Shown here piece after piece: positions 36,308-45,869 of a stretch of 61,268 nt of DNA; positions within the stretch are counted from its first letter, which is position 1; each line of letters begins with the position of its first letter. The stretch spans positions 1 through 61,268 of the forward strand of contig CAYRXZ010000003.1 of the NCBI GenBank assembly GCA_964428615.1, given 5' to 3'. The notes beneath the pieces were generated by a model that worked only from the letters and a program-made list of their open reading frames with translations, had not been told where the DNA came from and ran no database searches. Origin of the DNA: an uncultured Candidatus Saccharibacteria bacterium. Lineage in GTDB: Bacteria > Patescibacteriota > Minisyncoccia > UBA6257 > UBA9933. A program made the position numbers and the translations under genes.

Positions 36308-36925
36308 TTATTTTGAATAATAATCGACGACTAAATTTATATCAAAAGGTATTTCTATATTTTTGGGTGAAGATAACAACTTGCCTTCAAGTTTTTCCTT
36401 GTCCAAAAAAAGCCATTCCAGTGTGTCGTATTTTTTAAGTTTATTTGATAAATCTTTAAAAATCAAGAGTTCTTTTGAATTTGGATTTATCGAAATTATT
36501 TCGCCGACTTTCAAAGGATAAAAAGGCGCTTTAATTTTTTTCTTACCAACCCAAAAATGTCCATGAGAAATTAATTGCCTTGCTACTGTTCTTGAAGATG
36601 CCAAACCCAAACGAAAAACAACGTTGGCAAACTGCCTTTCAAGAGACCCTATTATTTCTTCGCCCGTTGCAACGCCAGTTTTTTTCATCGCCTTGGCAAC
36701 AATTTCAGAAAGTTGAGCTTCCCTTAAACCATAACTTGCTCTTATCCTCTGTTTTTCCATTAATTGACTTCCGAATTCTGAAGGTGCCCTGCGGCGTTTA
36801 GCACCATGCATTCCCGGCCGGCTCGGCCTTCTTGTCATCACGCATTTCGGTGAATTACAACGGTCCCCTTTTAAAAAAAGTTTTACCCCTAATGATCTTT
36901 CAAGCTTTTCTTTTGATTTATTCAT
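36308..36925 (-). CDS. rpsD: 30S ribosomal protein S4
   Basis: K.ERSLG..L.LKG.RC; RP..HG; LREKQ-type segment; S4 RNA-binding domain (LE.RL.NVVFR.GLA.SR..ARQL..HGH..V). Confidence 0.96.
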   Translation of the reverse strand: MNKSKEKLERSLGVKLFLKGDRCNSPKCVMTRRPSRPGMHGAKRRRAPSEFGSQLMEKQRIRASYGLREAQLSEIVAKAMKKTGVATGEEIIGSLERQFANVVFRLGLASSRTVARQLISHGHFWVGKKKIKAPFYPLKVGEIISINPNSKELLIFKDLSNKLKKYDTLEWLFLDKEKLEGKLLSSPKNIEIPFDINLVVDYYSK

Positions 36926-36926
36926 T

Positions 36927-37346
36927 TTATTTATTCATTTCGCTATAAACTGTTCCTAAAACGCCGTTTATAAACTTTCCAGAATTCGGACCGCCATAAT
37001 TTTTCGCCAATTCTATCGCTTCATTAATAGCGACTTTTGCCGGAACTTCGTTCCTGTCGGCGAACATTAATTCATAAAGCCCTATTCTTAAAACATTTCT
37101 ATCTACTATTGAAATCTGCGACAACGGCCATTCCGGAGCAGTTTTTTCTATTATTTTATTTAAATTCTTGAAATTTTTAATTATGCCTTCGGTTATTTTC
37201 CAGACAAAATCAAGTTCATCTATGCCCGGACCAAACTCTCCCAAATTACGCTCCATAATTTTTATTAAATCGCTTTTTAAGCCATAAAAATCCCACTCAT
37301 ACAACGATTGAAGAATTATTGAACGAGCTAAATGCCTAGTAGCCAT
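36927..37346 (-). CDS. nusB: Transcription antitermination factor NusB
   Basis: R..AR....Q.LY..D...........; L....DR..LR...YEL......P..V.INEA.ELAK.....S..F.NGVL. Confidence 0.88.
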   Translation of the reverse strand: MATRHLARSIILQSLYEWDFYGLKSDLIKIMERNLGEFGPGIDELDFVWKITEGIIKNFKNLNKIIEKTAPEWPLSQISIVDRNVLRIGLYELMFADRNEVPAKVAINEAIELAKNYGGPNSGKFINGVLGTVYSEMNK

Positions 37347-37349
37347 AGA

Positions 37350-37544
37350 TTATTTTTTAACTTTCAACTTGGGCTTTTTCAATATCCTTTCTTTATAATT
37401 TCCGCAATTTGAACAAAATCTGTGAGGGATAATCGGCGAGCCGCATTTCAAACACGCATGAATCTGCGAAGGTTTTAAAGCTAAATGCGACCGGCGTCTC
37501 CCAGTCTTTGATCTTGTATGATGTTTTGTAGGTACTCCCCCCAT
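37350..37544 (-). CDS. rpmF: 50S ribosomal protein L32 (zinc-ribbon form)
   Basis: From ATG 37544: MGGVPTKHHTRSKTGRRRSH.AL; C.KCG......HR.C..CG.Y. The track start 37574 is TTG. Confidence 0.9.
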   Translation of the reverse strand: MGGVPTKHHTRSKTGRRRSHLALKPSQIHACLKCGSPIIPHRFCSNCGNYKERILKKPKLKVKK

Positions 37545-37570
37545 TTCTTTAAAATTCCAAACTACAAATT

Positions 37571-37608
37571 CCAAATTACAAACGATTTTTTAATTGTTTG
37601 AAATTTGG
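37571..37608. other. Intercistronic hairpin (mreB-rpmF spacer) built from heptamer words
   Basis: CCAAATTACAAAC (37571-37583) pairs with GTTTGAAATTTGG (37596-37608): 12/13 complementary. Confidence 0.45.
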
Positions 37609-37633
37609 TGCTTGTAATTTATAGTTTCCACTA

Positions 37634-38674
37634 TTATATATTAATTTCTATAGGTTTCAAGCTTCCGGCAAGAAACTTTGAATGTTTTTTTATATCTTCG
37701 GTAATTAATCCGGTTCCGCGAACCACGCACGTAAGCGCATCTTCAATAACGGTTGCTTTAACAGCTATTTCTCTTTCAATTAAATTATCTATTCCCCTCA
37801 GTAAACTCCCTCCACCACACAAATGAACGCCATTTTTCAAAATATCTCCAACCAGTTCCGGTGGGGTTTTTTCTATCGTTTCTTTAATAGCTTCAATCAT
37901 AGAACGTAAAGAACGACTGATCGCCATTCTTACATGGCCGCCTTTTACTATAACTTCTCTTGGCAAGCCAGTCGCCATATCTCTGCCCCTAATCGGCATT
38001 TCAAGTTTTTCATCTAAACCTATAGCTGAACCTATTATTATTTTAAGGTCTTCCGCTGTAGGCTCACCTATCATCAATTTAAATTCATCACGGACAAATT
38101 TGATTATATCATCATTTAATTTATCTCCGGCAATTTTTAAACTTTTTGAAATAACTACTCCGCCCATTGAAATAACCGCTATTTCCGTAGTTCCTCCACC
38201 CATATCAACTATCATGCTAGCTGTCGGTTCCTCTACGGGTAATCGCGCACCTAAAGCTGCCGCTACCGGCTCTTCAATTAAATAAGCTTTTGCAGCCCCT
38301 GCTGAAATAGCCGCGTCTTCAACAGACTTTCTTTCAACCTCCGTTAAGTTGGTAGGGATACCGATAACTACACGAGAATAATTAAAAAATTTGTTGTTGT
38401 CAACTTTTTTTAAAAAATGGCGAAGAAGTTCTGTTGTTATTTCAAAATCAGATATCACGCCGTTTATTAAAGGACGAATTATTGAAATGTGAGCAGGAGT
38501 GCGGCCAACCATTTTTTTGGCATCTTCGCCAATGGCTAAAATCTGGCCGGTTTTGGTATTAACAGCCGTAAGCGACGGCTCATTCATTATAATTCCCCTG
38601 TCTTTAATATAAACCAAAGAATTGGCCGTTCCTAAATCTATACCTATATCTTTTTTAAAATAATCAAGAAACAT
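37634..38674 (-). CDS. mreB: Rod-shape-determining actin homolog MreB (paralog 1)
   Basis: DIGIDLGTANSLVY......I...EPS.VA, DMGGGTTE.AVIS.GG, L.GGG.LL.G.D. Confidence 0.95.
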   Translation of the reverse strand: MFLDYFKKDIGIDLGTANSLVYIKDRGIIMNEPSLTAVNTKTGQILAIGEDAKKMVGRTPAHISIIRPLINGVISDFEITTELLRHFLKKVDNNKFFNYSRVVIGIPTNLTEVERKSVEDAAISAGAAKAYLIEEPVAAALGARLPVEEPTASMIVDMGGGTTEIAVISMGGVVISKSLKIAGDKLNDDIIKFVRDEFKLMIGEPTAEDLKIIIGSAIGLDEKLEMPIRGRDMATGLPREVIVKGGHVRMAISRSLRSMIEAIKETIEKTPPELVGDILKNGVHLCGGGSLLRGIDNLIEREIAVKATVIEDALTCVVRGTGLITEDIKKHSKFLAGSLKPIEINI

Positions 38675-38676
38675 TT

Positions 38677-39906
38677 TTATCTTAATAAAACTAACAATTC
38701 TTTTTCATCAACTAATTCCGTCTTGCCTTCATTCCTTTTCTTCACCTCCACTTTATCGCCGGTTTTTTCACTGACAACTAATCTGTATGTAATTCCAATC
38801 AAATCGGCATCGGCAAATTTTTCTCCCGGACTCGCTTCTTCTCTGTCGTCATACAATACTTCAATATTGATTCTCTGTAAAGCTTTATACAACTTATCGC
38901 TTGTCGCTTTTTTCTTACTAACAAGGTTTATTAGGTGTGCTTTAAATGGAGCCACGGACTCCGGCCATATTATTCCTTTTTCGTCATGACTCACTTCAAC
39001 AATCGTTCCCATCACCCTGCCAAGACCAATACCATAACAACCCATAACTACGTCTTTTTCTTCACCTTTTTCATTTTTATATTTCAAATTGAACGGTGCC
39101 GAATATTTTGTTCCAAGTTTAAAAATATTCCCAACCTCAATAGCTTTTTCTTCTTTAAATTTTTTTCCTTCGCAACTCGGACAAATTTTTACTTCACTGA
39201 AAATTTCTTTATTTATCGCCTGACCACATTTTTCACAAACATAAATAATATCTTCTCCCGCTTCGGACAGAGTTTGAAATTCATGAGAATATTTTGAGAA
39301 GCTTCCGCCGGAAGCAAAAGTCATGTGTGTTTTTTTCCCTAATCCAACACGGCTAAATATATTTTCATAAGCTTTAATCGCTTTTTTGTAATATTCATCA
39401 AGGTCTTTTTCATCTATATGAAATGAATATAAATCTTTCATAATAAATTCCCTGCCGCGTAATAAGCCCGATTTTGAACGTAATTCCATACGAAATTTAT
39501 CCTGAAACTGATAAGTGTAAAAAGGTAGGTCTTTATATGAATCAATGAATTTTTTGGCAAGTGGAGTGACTATTTCTTCATGAGTTGGACCAAGCGCGAA
39601 TTCTTTATCGCTTTTATCTTTGAGCCTGTATAAATCGTCCATTGAACCCCATCTACCCGTTGTCATCCAATTTTCTTTCGGTTGAAGCGCGGGCATAAAA
39701 ATTTCCTGGCCGCCGATAACATTCATTTCTTCGCGAATGATGTTTTCAATTTTTTTCATCACCCGCCAACCCAAAGGCAAAAAGGTATAAACTCCTGCCA
39801 TTAATTTATCCACAAATCCCGCCCGAATAAGCAATTGAGCATTTATTGATTCCTCATCCCTTGGCGCTTCTTTTTTTGTTTTTGTAAAAAGTTGAGACTG
39901 AAGCAT
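38677..39906 (-). CDS. proS: Prolyl-tRNA synthetase, bacterial-type N-terminus but lacking the INS editing domain
   Basis: MLQSQLF.KT.KE.P.D.E..NAQLL.RAGF...L.AGVY.FLPLG..V..KIE.I.REEM, class II motifs 2 and 3, C-terminal anticodon-binding domain. 409 aa, with a CxxC...CxxC mini-insert where INS normally sits. Confidence 0.88.
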   Translation of the reverse strand: MLQSQLFTKTKKEAPRDEESINAQLLIRAGFVDKLMAGVYTFLPLGWRVMKKIENIIREEMNVIGGQEIFMPALQPKENWMTTGRWGSMDDLYRLKDKSDKEFALGPTHEEIVTPLAKKFIDSYKDLPFYTYQFQDKFRMELRSKSGLLRGREFIMKDLYSFHIDEKDLDEYYKKAIKAYENIFSRVGLGKKTHMTFASGGSFSKYSHEFQTLSEAGEDIIYVCEKCGQAINKEIFSEVKICPSCEGKKFKEEKAIEVGNIFKLGTKYSAPFNLKYKNEKGEEKDVVMGCYGIGLGRVMGTIVEVSHDEKGIIWPESVAPFKAHLINLVSKKKATSDKLYKALQRINIEVLYDDREEASPGEKFADADLIGITYRLVVSEKTGDKVEVKKRNEGKTELVDEKELLVLLR

Positions 39907-39988
39907 ATTGCTTAATTCTAAACAAAAAAAACCGCTTAGTCAAAACAGCAAAATCAAGACGCAGAAATAAAAGAATAACTCAAATGGT

Positions 39989-41113
39989 TTAGAACCTCAC
40001 TATATCTCTAATTGTAATAAGAACCATTAAAGTAAGTAGTAACGCCATTCCAGCGGCGTTAGCGTAATTTTCAAACTTCGCCGGTAAGGGCGAACCTTTT
40101 ATTTTTTCAATTAATAAGAAAAGCAATCTACCACCGTCTAATGCCGGAAAAGGAAAAATATTTATTACCGCCAAGTTTAAAGAAACCAAAGCCAAAAGCT
40201 GAAGTAAATAAGCAATTCCTAGACCACTCGCTTGCGCAGTTATTTTTATAATTCCTACAGGTCCGCTAACTTGTTCAAGGCTGACTTTGTTTCCCGAAAA
40301 AACTCCAATTATAAGATTAAACAACGAAACGAAAATCAATTTTATTATTTCAAACGACATTTTTAATCCGTCCCAAAGAGCGTAGAAAAAATTCTGGCTC
40401 GGCGCGCCCGATTCAATTAGCCCAATTCCTAAGGCACCCTCTCCCACTGGCGGATTTATCCTTGGCGTTGCTTTTATTTCTTTTTCAACTCCATTACGTT
40501 TAACTTTAATTGTTATTTCCTTCCCCTTATTATCGTTTGTGAATTTAATAAAATCATCCGCCGACATTCCCAATACAATATCGCCCGCCATTAATCCAGC
40601 AGTTTCCGCAGGCGTATCTTTAAAAATTTCGGTAATAACAATACTCTGAGGAACGCCCATTGAAAGTATTATTGAGATAATCAGCCAACCGAATAAAAAA
40701 TTCATTATAACGCCGGCAGCTAAAACTATCGCGCGCTTCCAAATAAAAAGTGAACCAAAACTCCTACCGCGATTCGTTTCGATAATAATTGTCTCACTAA
40801 TAGCTCCTGTTGATATTTCGCCATTATCTATTTCCAGCCCTTCTTTTTCTATTAAAATAGTTTCCGCTTCTTTATTCTCGGCAATTTTATCTTCCTTGTC
40901 TTCACCATAAATTTTAACAAACCCGCCAAAAGGCAAAGCGTTTATACTATAAATAGTCTCTCCTATTTTTTTACCCCAAATTCTCGGTGGCAAACCAAAA
41001 CCAAATTCTTCAACCAAAAGCCCAAATTTTTTCGCAGTTAAAAAATGCCCAAGCTCATGGACTAAAATTAAAACCGAAAGAAAAATTATGACAAAAATTA
41101 TTCCTAGAAACAT
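39989..41113 (-). CDS. rseP: RIP metalloprotease RseP (site-2 protease, M50)
   Basis: HELGH in TM1, a PDZ-like middle region, NLAVINIFPFPALDGG. Confidence 0.92.
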   Translation of the reverse strand: MFLGIIFVIIFLSVLILVHELGHFLTAKKFGLLVEEFGFGLPPRIWGKKIGETIYSINALPFGGFVKIYGEDKEDKIAENKEAETILIEKEGLEIDNGEISTGAISETIIIETNRGRSFGSLFIWKRAIVLAAGVIMNFLFGWLIISIILSMGVPQSIVITEIFKDTPAETAGLMAGDIVLGMSADDFIKFTNDNKGKEITIKVKRNGVEKEIKATPRINPPVGEGALGIGLIESGAPSQNFFYALWDGLKMSFEIIKLIFVSLFNLIIGVFSGNKVSLEQVSGPVGIIKITAQASGLGIAYLLQLLALVSLNLAVINIFPFPALDGGRLLFLLIEKIKGSPLPAKFENYANAAGMALLLTLMVLITIRDIVRF

Positions 41114-41118
41114 TAATA

Positions 41119-41162
41119 ATTTTCAATTATCAATTTACAATTATCAATCAAATATCAATTTA
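41119..41162 (-). repeat. Spacer element family 2, copy 2 (frr-rseP spacer)
   Basis: 42/44 identical to 22936-22979. Ends 5 nt from the rseP ATG. Confidence 0.85.
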
Positions 41163-41238
41163 TAAATTATCAAATGTTTGAAAATTTATTTATTAAAAAT
41201 TCATTGAAAATTGACCATTGAAAATTGGAGTTTTATTT

Positions 41239-41778
41239 CTATTCTTCTATCTCTCTTATCTTACCTTCTAAAAGTTTTTCAATTTCCTCGTTCGCTTTAT
41301 CAATAATCTTCTGAACTTTTTCTTTTAACTTAAACTTTTCGTCTTCGCCTATTTCTTTATTTTCAAATTTCCGGTTTATTTCTTTGTTTTCTTCGTCACG
41401 CAAACTGCGAACTTTTATTTTCGCATCTTCAGTTTCCTTTTTTACAAGCTTTATAAATTCCTGTCTACGCTCACCTGAAAGCGGAGGTAAATTAACTCTG
41501 ACAACATTACCATCTAAATTAACGCCTACATTTAAGTTTGAAGCTTCAATTCCTTTTAATACAGCCGAAGCGGCATTTTTATCCCAAACGGAAATCTGGA
41601 TCTCACGTGGAGGAACCATACTAATAGAACCCAATTGTTTAATAGGTAATCTTTGACCGAAATATTCCACTAGAATATCTTCAACTAATTTGGCATTCGG
41701 CCTTCCACCACGAATAGAAGAAAGCTGGTCCTTGAAATAATCTAAGGCCTGTTTTATTTTTTGTTCCAAGTTATCCAT
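41239..41778 (-). CDS. frr: Ribosome recycling factor
   Basis: L..IR.GR.N..L...I.V.YYG...P..Q...I......R...I..WD; ERR.E..K; R..RR. Confidence 0.95.
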   Translation of the reverse strand: MDNLEQKIKQALDYFKDQLSSIRGGRPNAKLVEDILVEYFGQRLPIKQLGSISMVPPREIQISVWDKNAASAVLKGIEASNLNVGVNLDGNVVRVNLPPLSGERRQEFIKLVKKETEDAKIKVRSLRDEENKEINRKFENKEIGEDEKFKLKEKVQKIIDKANEEIEKLLEGKIREIEE

Positions 41779-41779
41779 A

Positions 41780-42859
41780 TTAATTCCCTGCCCCTATTAT
41801 AACCTGTTCTCCATTAAAAGCTATAACTGATATCTCCGCTCCAAAGTTTATTTCAATAATTTGCCAATTCTGACCGTTGTCACGGCTCTTATATATCTTT
41901 CCGTTGGAAACAGCAAAGATTTCACCGTTACTATTTATCGCTACCGCAGAAATGCTTGCAGTTTCTGAAGGCAATGATTTAAAAACTTTCCAGGTAGCTC
42001 CAGCGTCAAAGGAACGCAATAAACCATAGCTAGTAGCAGCATAAATAGAAAAACTATCATTGGGCGAAACAAATAATCCATTTATCTTATTAGCACTTTT
42101 ATAGCTGTCTAAAGATTTAAGTCTGGAAAAAGAAAGACCCTTATCATAACTTAAATACAATCCGCCCGATTTCAAAGTCAAATAAATTAAATTTCCATTA
42201 GGCGGAATTATTAAACCTATAATCGGCGAAGAAAAAGCTGTTAAGATTCTACTTTCATTTCTCTCAAGAGAATAAACTATCAATTTGCCGTTCGAAAGAC
42301 CTAAATATAAATCGCCGTTCTTTATGCTAAAATCATAAACTCCCTCGCTATTAAATTCAATCAACTTTTCTACGGAAAGAAAATTATTTTCACTTTTATA
42401 AACCATTCCCTTGCCTCCTGAAAAAACCGAAACAAAAGATTGATTTTTATTTTCCGGATTGAATAAAATTTTATATACTGTAACCCCATTTAACTTGTGT
42501 TCAATATCAAAGAAAGAATACCAATTTAAACCGCCATTTTTACTGGCAAGAAGGCCATTATTTGAAGCCGCAAATATTAAAGACGGATCCGATAAAGAAA
42601 TTTCAATCTGTGAAATGTTAGGCGTATTATCGAAATGCGCTTGCGATTTTTGAAAAACCCCTTTTTCATCTATAAAACCAAACGGTTCATTTGAACCGCC
42701 TCCGTCATTAAAAAAACCACCAAGAGCTGAAAATGTGGCAGCTGAAAAACTTCCGCTTCCCGCAGAAGCGCTTGGAGCAATAGGACTCGCAGAAAACAGA
42801 TAAAAAAGCCCTCCCCAAATTATTATTATCGCCAAAAATCCATAACCTTTGTCTTCCAT
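41780..42859 (-). CDS. Membrane-anchored BNR/Asp-box repeat beta-propeller protein
   Basis: N-terminal TM helix. Repeated S-x-D-x-G-x-x-W boxes (SKNGGLNW, SYDKGLSF, SFDAGATW, SRDNGQNW). Confidence 0.6.
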   Translation of the reverse strand: MEDKGYGFLAIIIIWGGLFYLFSASPIAPSASAGSGSFSAATFSALGGFFNDGGGSNEPFGFIDEKGVFQKSQAHFDNTPNISQIEISLSDPSLIFAASNNGLLASKNGGLNWYSFFDIEHKLNGVTVYKILFNPENKNQSFVSVFSGGKGMVYKSENNFLSVEKLIEFNSEGVYDFSIKNGDLYLGLSNGKLIVYSLERNESRILTAFSSPIIGLIIPPNGNLIYLTLKSGGLYLSYDKGLSFSRLKSLDSYKSANKINGLFVSPNDSFSIYAATSYGLLRSFDAGATWKVFKSLPSETASISAVAINSNGEIFAVSNGKIYKSRDNGQNWQIIEINFGAEISVIAFNGEQVIIGAGN

Positions 42860-42882
42860 GTTTATATTTATGTTTAATTATT

Positions 42883-43503
42883 TTATTCTAAACTTCTTAT
42901 TTGTAATCTCTTATTTGTATTAAATTGTTTTATTAAAACTAACTTTCTTAAAATTTCTTTCAGCTTCGCTGAGTTTTTTATTGGATCTTTCATTAAATTT
43001 GCGATTGATTTCCTGAAAAATTCATCTGTTTCATCTTCTATTTTTTCAGTTCCGAATTTTTTTGAAGTTTCTGGGAAAAAAATCTTTTGCAATCGCGAAT
43101 TCAAAGTTGGAAGCAAATCTTCAGCTGTCTTTGTCAAAAAAATTATTAAACTCTTTCTCGGCGGCTCTTCTACTACTTTTAATGCGGCGTTTTGAGCTTC
43201 AATAGTAAGTGCTTCAGCGTCTTCGATAATTACAACTCTTTTTGAAGATGCCGTAGGTTCTTGCCACAGATAGTACACTATATTCCTAATTTTGTCAATA
43301 CCTATGCTTCCCTTCTCATTTGGAGAAATAATTAAGAGTTCACTTAAGAATTCTTTAGGTTTTTCAAATTTTTCTTTTTCTAAAAAGTTAGCTAATGACC
43401 AACTAAAAATTGATTTTTCTTTTCCAGCGCCAAAAAAGAGATAAGAATGAGAAAGTTTATCATTCTCTATTAATTTTCTGAAATTATTAACCAATTCTTC
43501 CAT
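42883..43503 (-). CDS. holB: DNA polymerase III delta' subunit (short form)
   Basis: SHSYLFFG, VVIIEDAEALT..AQNALLK..EEPP...I.IF.T; only 206 aa. Confidence 0.75.
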   Translation of the reverse strand: MEELVNNFRKLIENDKLSHSYLFFGAGKEKSIFSWSLANFLEKEKFEKPKEFLSELLIISPNEKGSIGIDKIRNIVYYLWQEPTASSKRVVIIEDAEALTIEAQNAALKVVEEPPRKSLIIFLTKTAEDLLPTLNSRLQKIFFPETSKKFGTEKIEDETDEFFRKSIANLMKDPIKNSAKLKEILRKLVLIKQFNTNKRLQIRSLE

Positions 43504-43505
43504 TT

Positions 43506-44513
43506 TTACCTTTTATCCAACAACGTTCTCTTATAAATATCTAAATGCGTAAGAATTAAGCCCGCTCCTTTGGCAACGCAAAAAAGCGGTTCTTCGGCGA
43601 CATAAGCATTCACCCCTAAAATCCCCTTAAAGAATTCCGGCAAGTGTACCAATTGAGCTCCACCTCCTGAAAGAATCATTCCTTTTTCCATGATATCGGC
43701 AACTAATTCCGGTGGTGTTTCATTAAAAACATTTTGAACAGCAGCGGCAATATCCATTAAAAATGGATTTAGTGATTCGGCGATTTCATTTGAATTAACG
43801 ATTAGATTTCTCGGCAAGCCAGAATTTAAATCTCTTCCTCTCACTGAAAATTCCAATTTTTGTCTTGATGGTAAAGCCGATCCAATTTCTATTTTTATAG
43901 TTTCAGCTGTTTGTTCTCCTATGGCAATTGAATATTTTTTCTTAACATAATCCATAATCGCTTGGTCAAATTTGTTTCCAGCAACTCTTAATGAAGCCCA
44001 AGAAACTATCCCGCCTAAAGCTACAACAGCAACTTCCGATGTCCCACCGCCAATATTTATAATCATATTTCCTGAAGAAGAGTTTATGGGAATATCGGCG
44101 CCAAGAGCTGCCAAAATCGGCTCTCGAACAACATGAGCATCTTTAGCTCCAGCTTCTTTAGCGGCATTAATAACCGCGCGGCGTTCTGTTTGGGTTATGC
44201 CCGCCGGAACAGAAATTACAACATCGGGTTTCAAAATATTAAAATAACCGACAGCTTTAGAGATAAAATACTTCAGCATTGCTTTGGTAATGTAATAATC
44301 GGCAATGACACCTTCTTTAAGGGGCCTGTATGGAACAATATCCGCCGGAGTTCTACCCACCATTTCTTTAGCTTCTTTACCAACCGCCAAAACAGAATTA
44401 TCGGGCACGCTTAAAGCTACTATTGTTGGTTCATTTATGACAAACCCGCGCCCAGGAACAAAAACAATGGTCGCTGTTGTACCTAAGTCAATGCCTATTT
44501 TTCGTGTAAACAT
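43506..44513 (-). CDS. mreB: Actin homolog MreB/Mbl (paralog 2)
   Basis: KIGIDLGT......V.G.G.V.NEPT.VA, NIGGGTSEVAVV.LGGIV, LSGGGA.L. Confidence 0.92.
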   Translation of the reverse strand: MFTRKIGIDLGTTATIVFVPGRGFVINEPTIVALSVPDNSVLAVGKEAKEMVGRTPADIVPYRPLKEGVIADYYITKAMLKYFISKAVGYFNILKPDVVISVPAGITQTERRAVINAAKEAGAKDAHVVREPILAALGADIPINSSSGNMIINIGGGTSEVAVVALGGIVSWASLRVAGNKFDQAIMDYVKKKYSIAIGEQTAETIKIEIGSALPSRQKLEFSVRGRDLNSGLPRNLIVNSNEIAESLNPFLMDIAAAVQNVFNETPPELVADIMEKGMILSGGGAQLVHLPEFFKGILGVNAYVAEEPLFCVAKGAGLILTHLDIYKRTLLDKR

Positions 44514-44533
44514 GTTTTAAATTAAATTAATAA

Positions 44534-45799
44534 TTATTCTATTCTTCTTATATCTGCTCCTAATTTCTTTAGCTTTTCTTCCAGTTTTTCATACCCCCTA
44601 TCTATTTGATATATATTGTCTATTTCCGTTTTACCATGAGCTATCAAGGCTGCGATTATTAATGCCATACCGGCGCGTAAATCAGGGCTTACCAATTTTC
44701 TCCCATGAAGTTTTGAGGGCCCATTTACTACCACCCTATGCGGGTCTGCCATAATAATATTCGCGCCCATTTGTGTTAACATATCAGCAAAAAGCAACCG
44801 GCGGTCATATATCGTTTCATGAATTAAACTCAAGCCATAAGCCTGAGTCATTAATACAGTGTAAGTTGATTGCAAGTCCGTAGCAAATCCAGGATATTCA
44901 TGTGTAATGACTTCGCAGGATAAAAGTTTCTTTGACGGCTTAACTAAAACACTATCTTTATTTAATACAAAATTCACACCTATTTTGTCAAATAAAACCC
45001 AAAGTGCCTCCAAGTGTTTCGGCTCACAATTTTTTATTAAAATATTCCCGTTGTTCGAAGCCGCCGCTAACATTGCAAAAGTTCCAGCCTCAATCCTATC
45101 AGGGATAATTTTATATTCTCCACCGCCCAACTTTTTTATTCCTTTTATCTTTATTATTGGCGTTCCAGCGCCTTCAATTTTCGCCCCGCAAGAATTAAGA
45201 AAATTCGCCAAAGCGGAAATTTCTGGTTCCATTGCGGCATTTTTTAGAATAGTTTCTCCTTCCGCCAAACAAGAAGTCATCATTAAGCTTTCAGTGGCAG
45301 TAACGCTTACTTTTGAAAAAAATATTTCAACGCCTTTTAATTTTTTAGCCTTTAAACAATAATGGCCGTCTTTTATTGCAAGCTTAGCGCCCATTTTCTG
45401 GAAAGAATCCAGAAATAAATCTATCGGCCGTGTGCCCGCGCCAATAACGCACCCGCCCGGATGCGGAAAATGAACTTCTCCGCAAGTGGCAAGAATGGGT
45501 CCAACAAACATTATTGAAGCGCGAAATTTATTAACCAATTCCGGCGGCAAGGCAACACACTTCTGAGCGGAAAACTTTATATCTACAATTCCGTTTTTTA
45601 CTTTTTTCACATCATGACCCAAAGCTAAAAGCATTTCCTGTGCCCTTAAAACATCTTCTATCTCTGGCGCATTTGAAACTCTTATTTTTTCTCGCGTCAA
45701 AATGGCAACAGGGAAAATCTTAAGAGCCGCATTTTTTGAACCAGAAACATTTATTTCCCCTTTAAGAGGCCTTCGGCCATTGATGATAAACTTTGACAT
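44534..45799 (-). CDS. murA: UDP-N-acetylglucosamine 1-carboxyvinyltransferase
   Basis: I.G...L.GE...SG.KNA.L; active-site loop PGGCVIG.GTRPIDL; FATD.Q; DRGYE.LE.KL..LGA.I. Confidence 0.96.
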   Translation of the reverse strand: MSKFIINGRRPLKGEINVSGSKNAALKIFPVAILTREKIRVSNAPEIEDVLRAQEMLLALGHDVKKVKNGIVDIKFSAQKCVALPPELVNKFRASIMFVGPILATCGEVHFPHPGGCVIGAGTRPIDLFLDSFQKMGAKLAIKDGHYCLKAKKLKGVEIFFSKVSVTATESLMMTSCLAEGETILKNAAMEPEISALANFLNSCGAKIEGAGTPIIKIKGIKKLGGGEYKIIPDRIEAGTFAMLAAASNNGNILIKNCEPKHLEALWVLFDKIGVNFVLNKDSVLVKPSKKLLSCEVITHEYPGFATDLQSTYTVLMTQAYGLSLIHETIYDRRLLFADMLTQMGANIIMADPHRVVVNGPSKLHGRKLVSPDLRAGMALIIAALIAHGKTEIDNIYQIDRGYEKLEEKLKKLGADIRRIE

Positions 45800-45869
45800 T
45801 AATTAAATCATATCCCTTCTGTTGAAAAAGGCAAGAAAATATATTAGCATACTATTTAATACTAGATAT

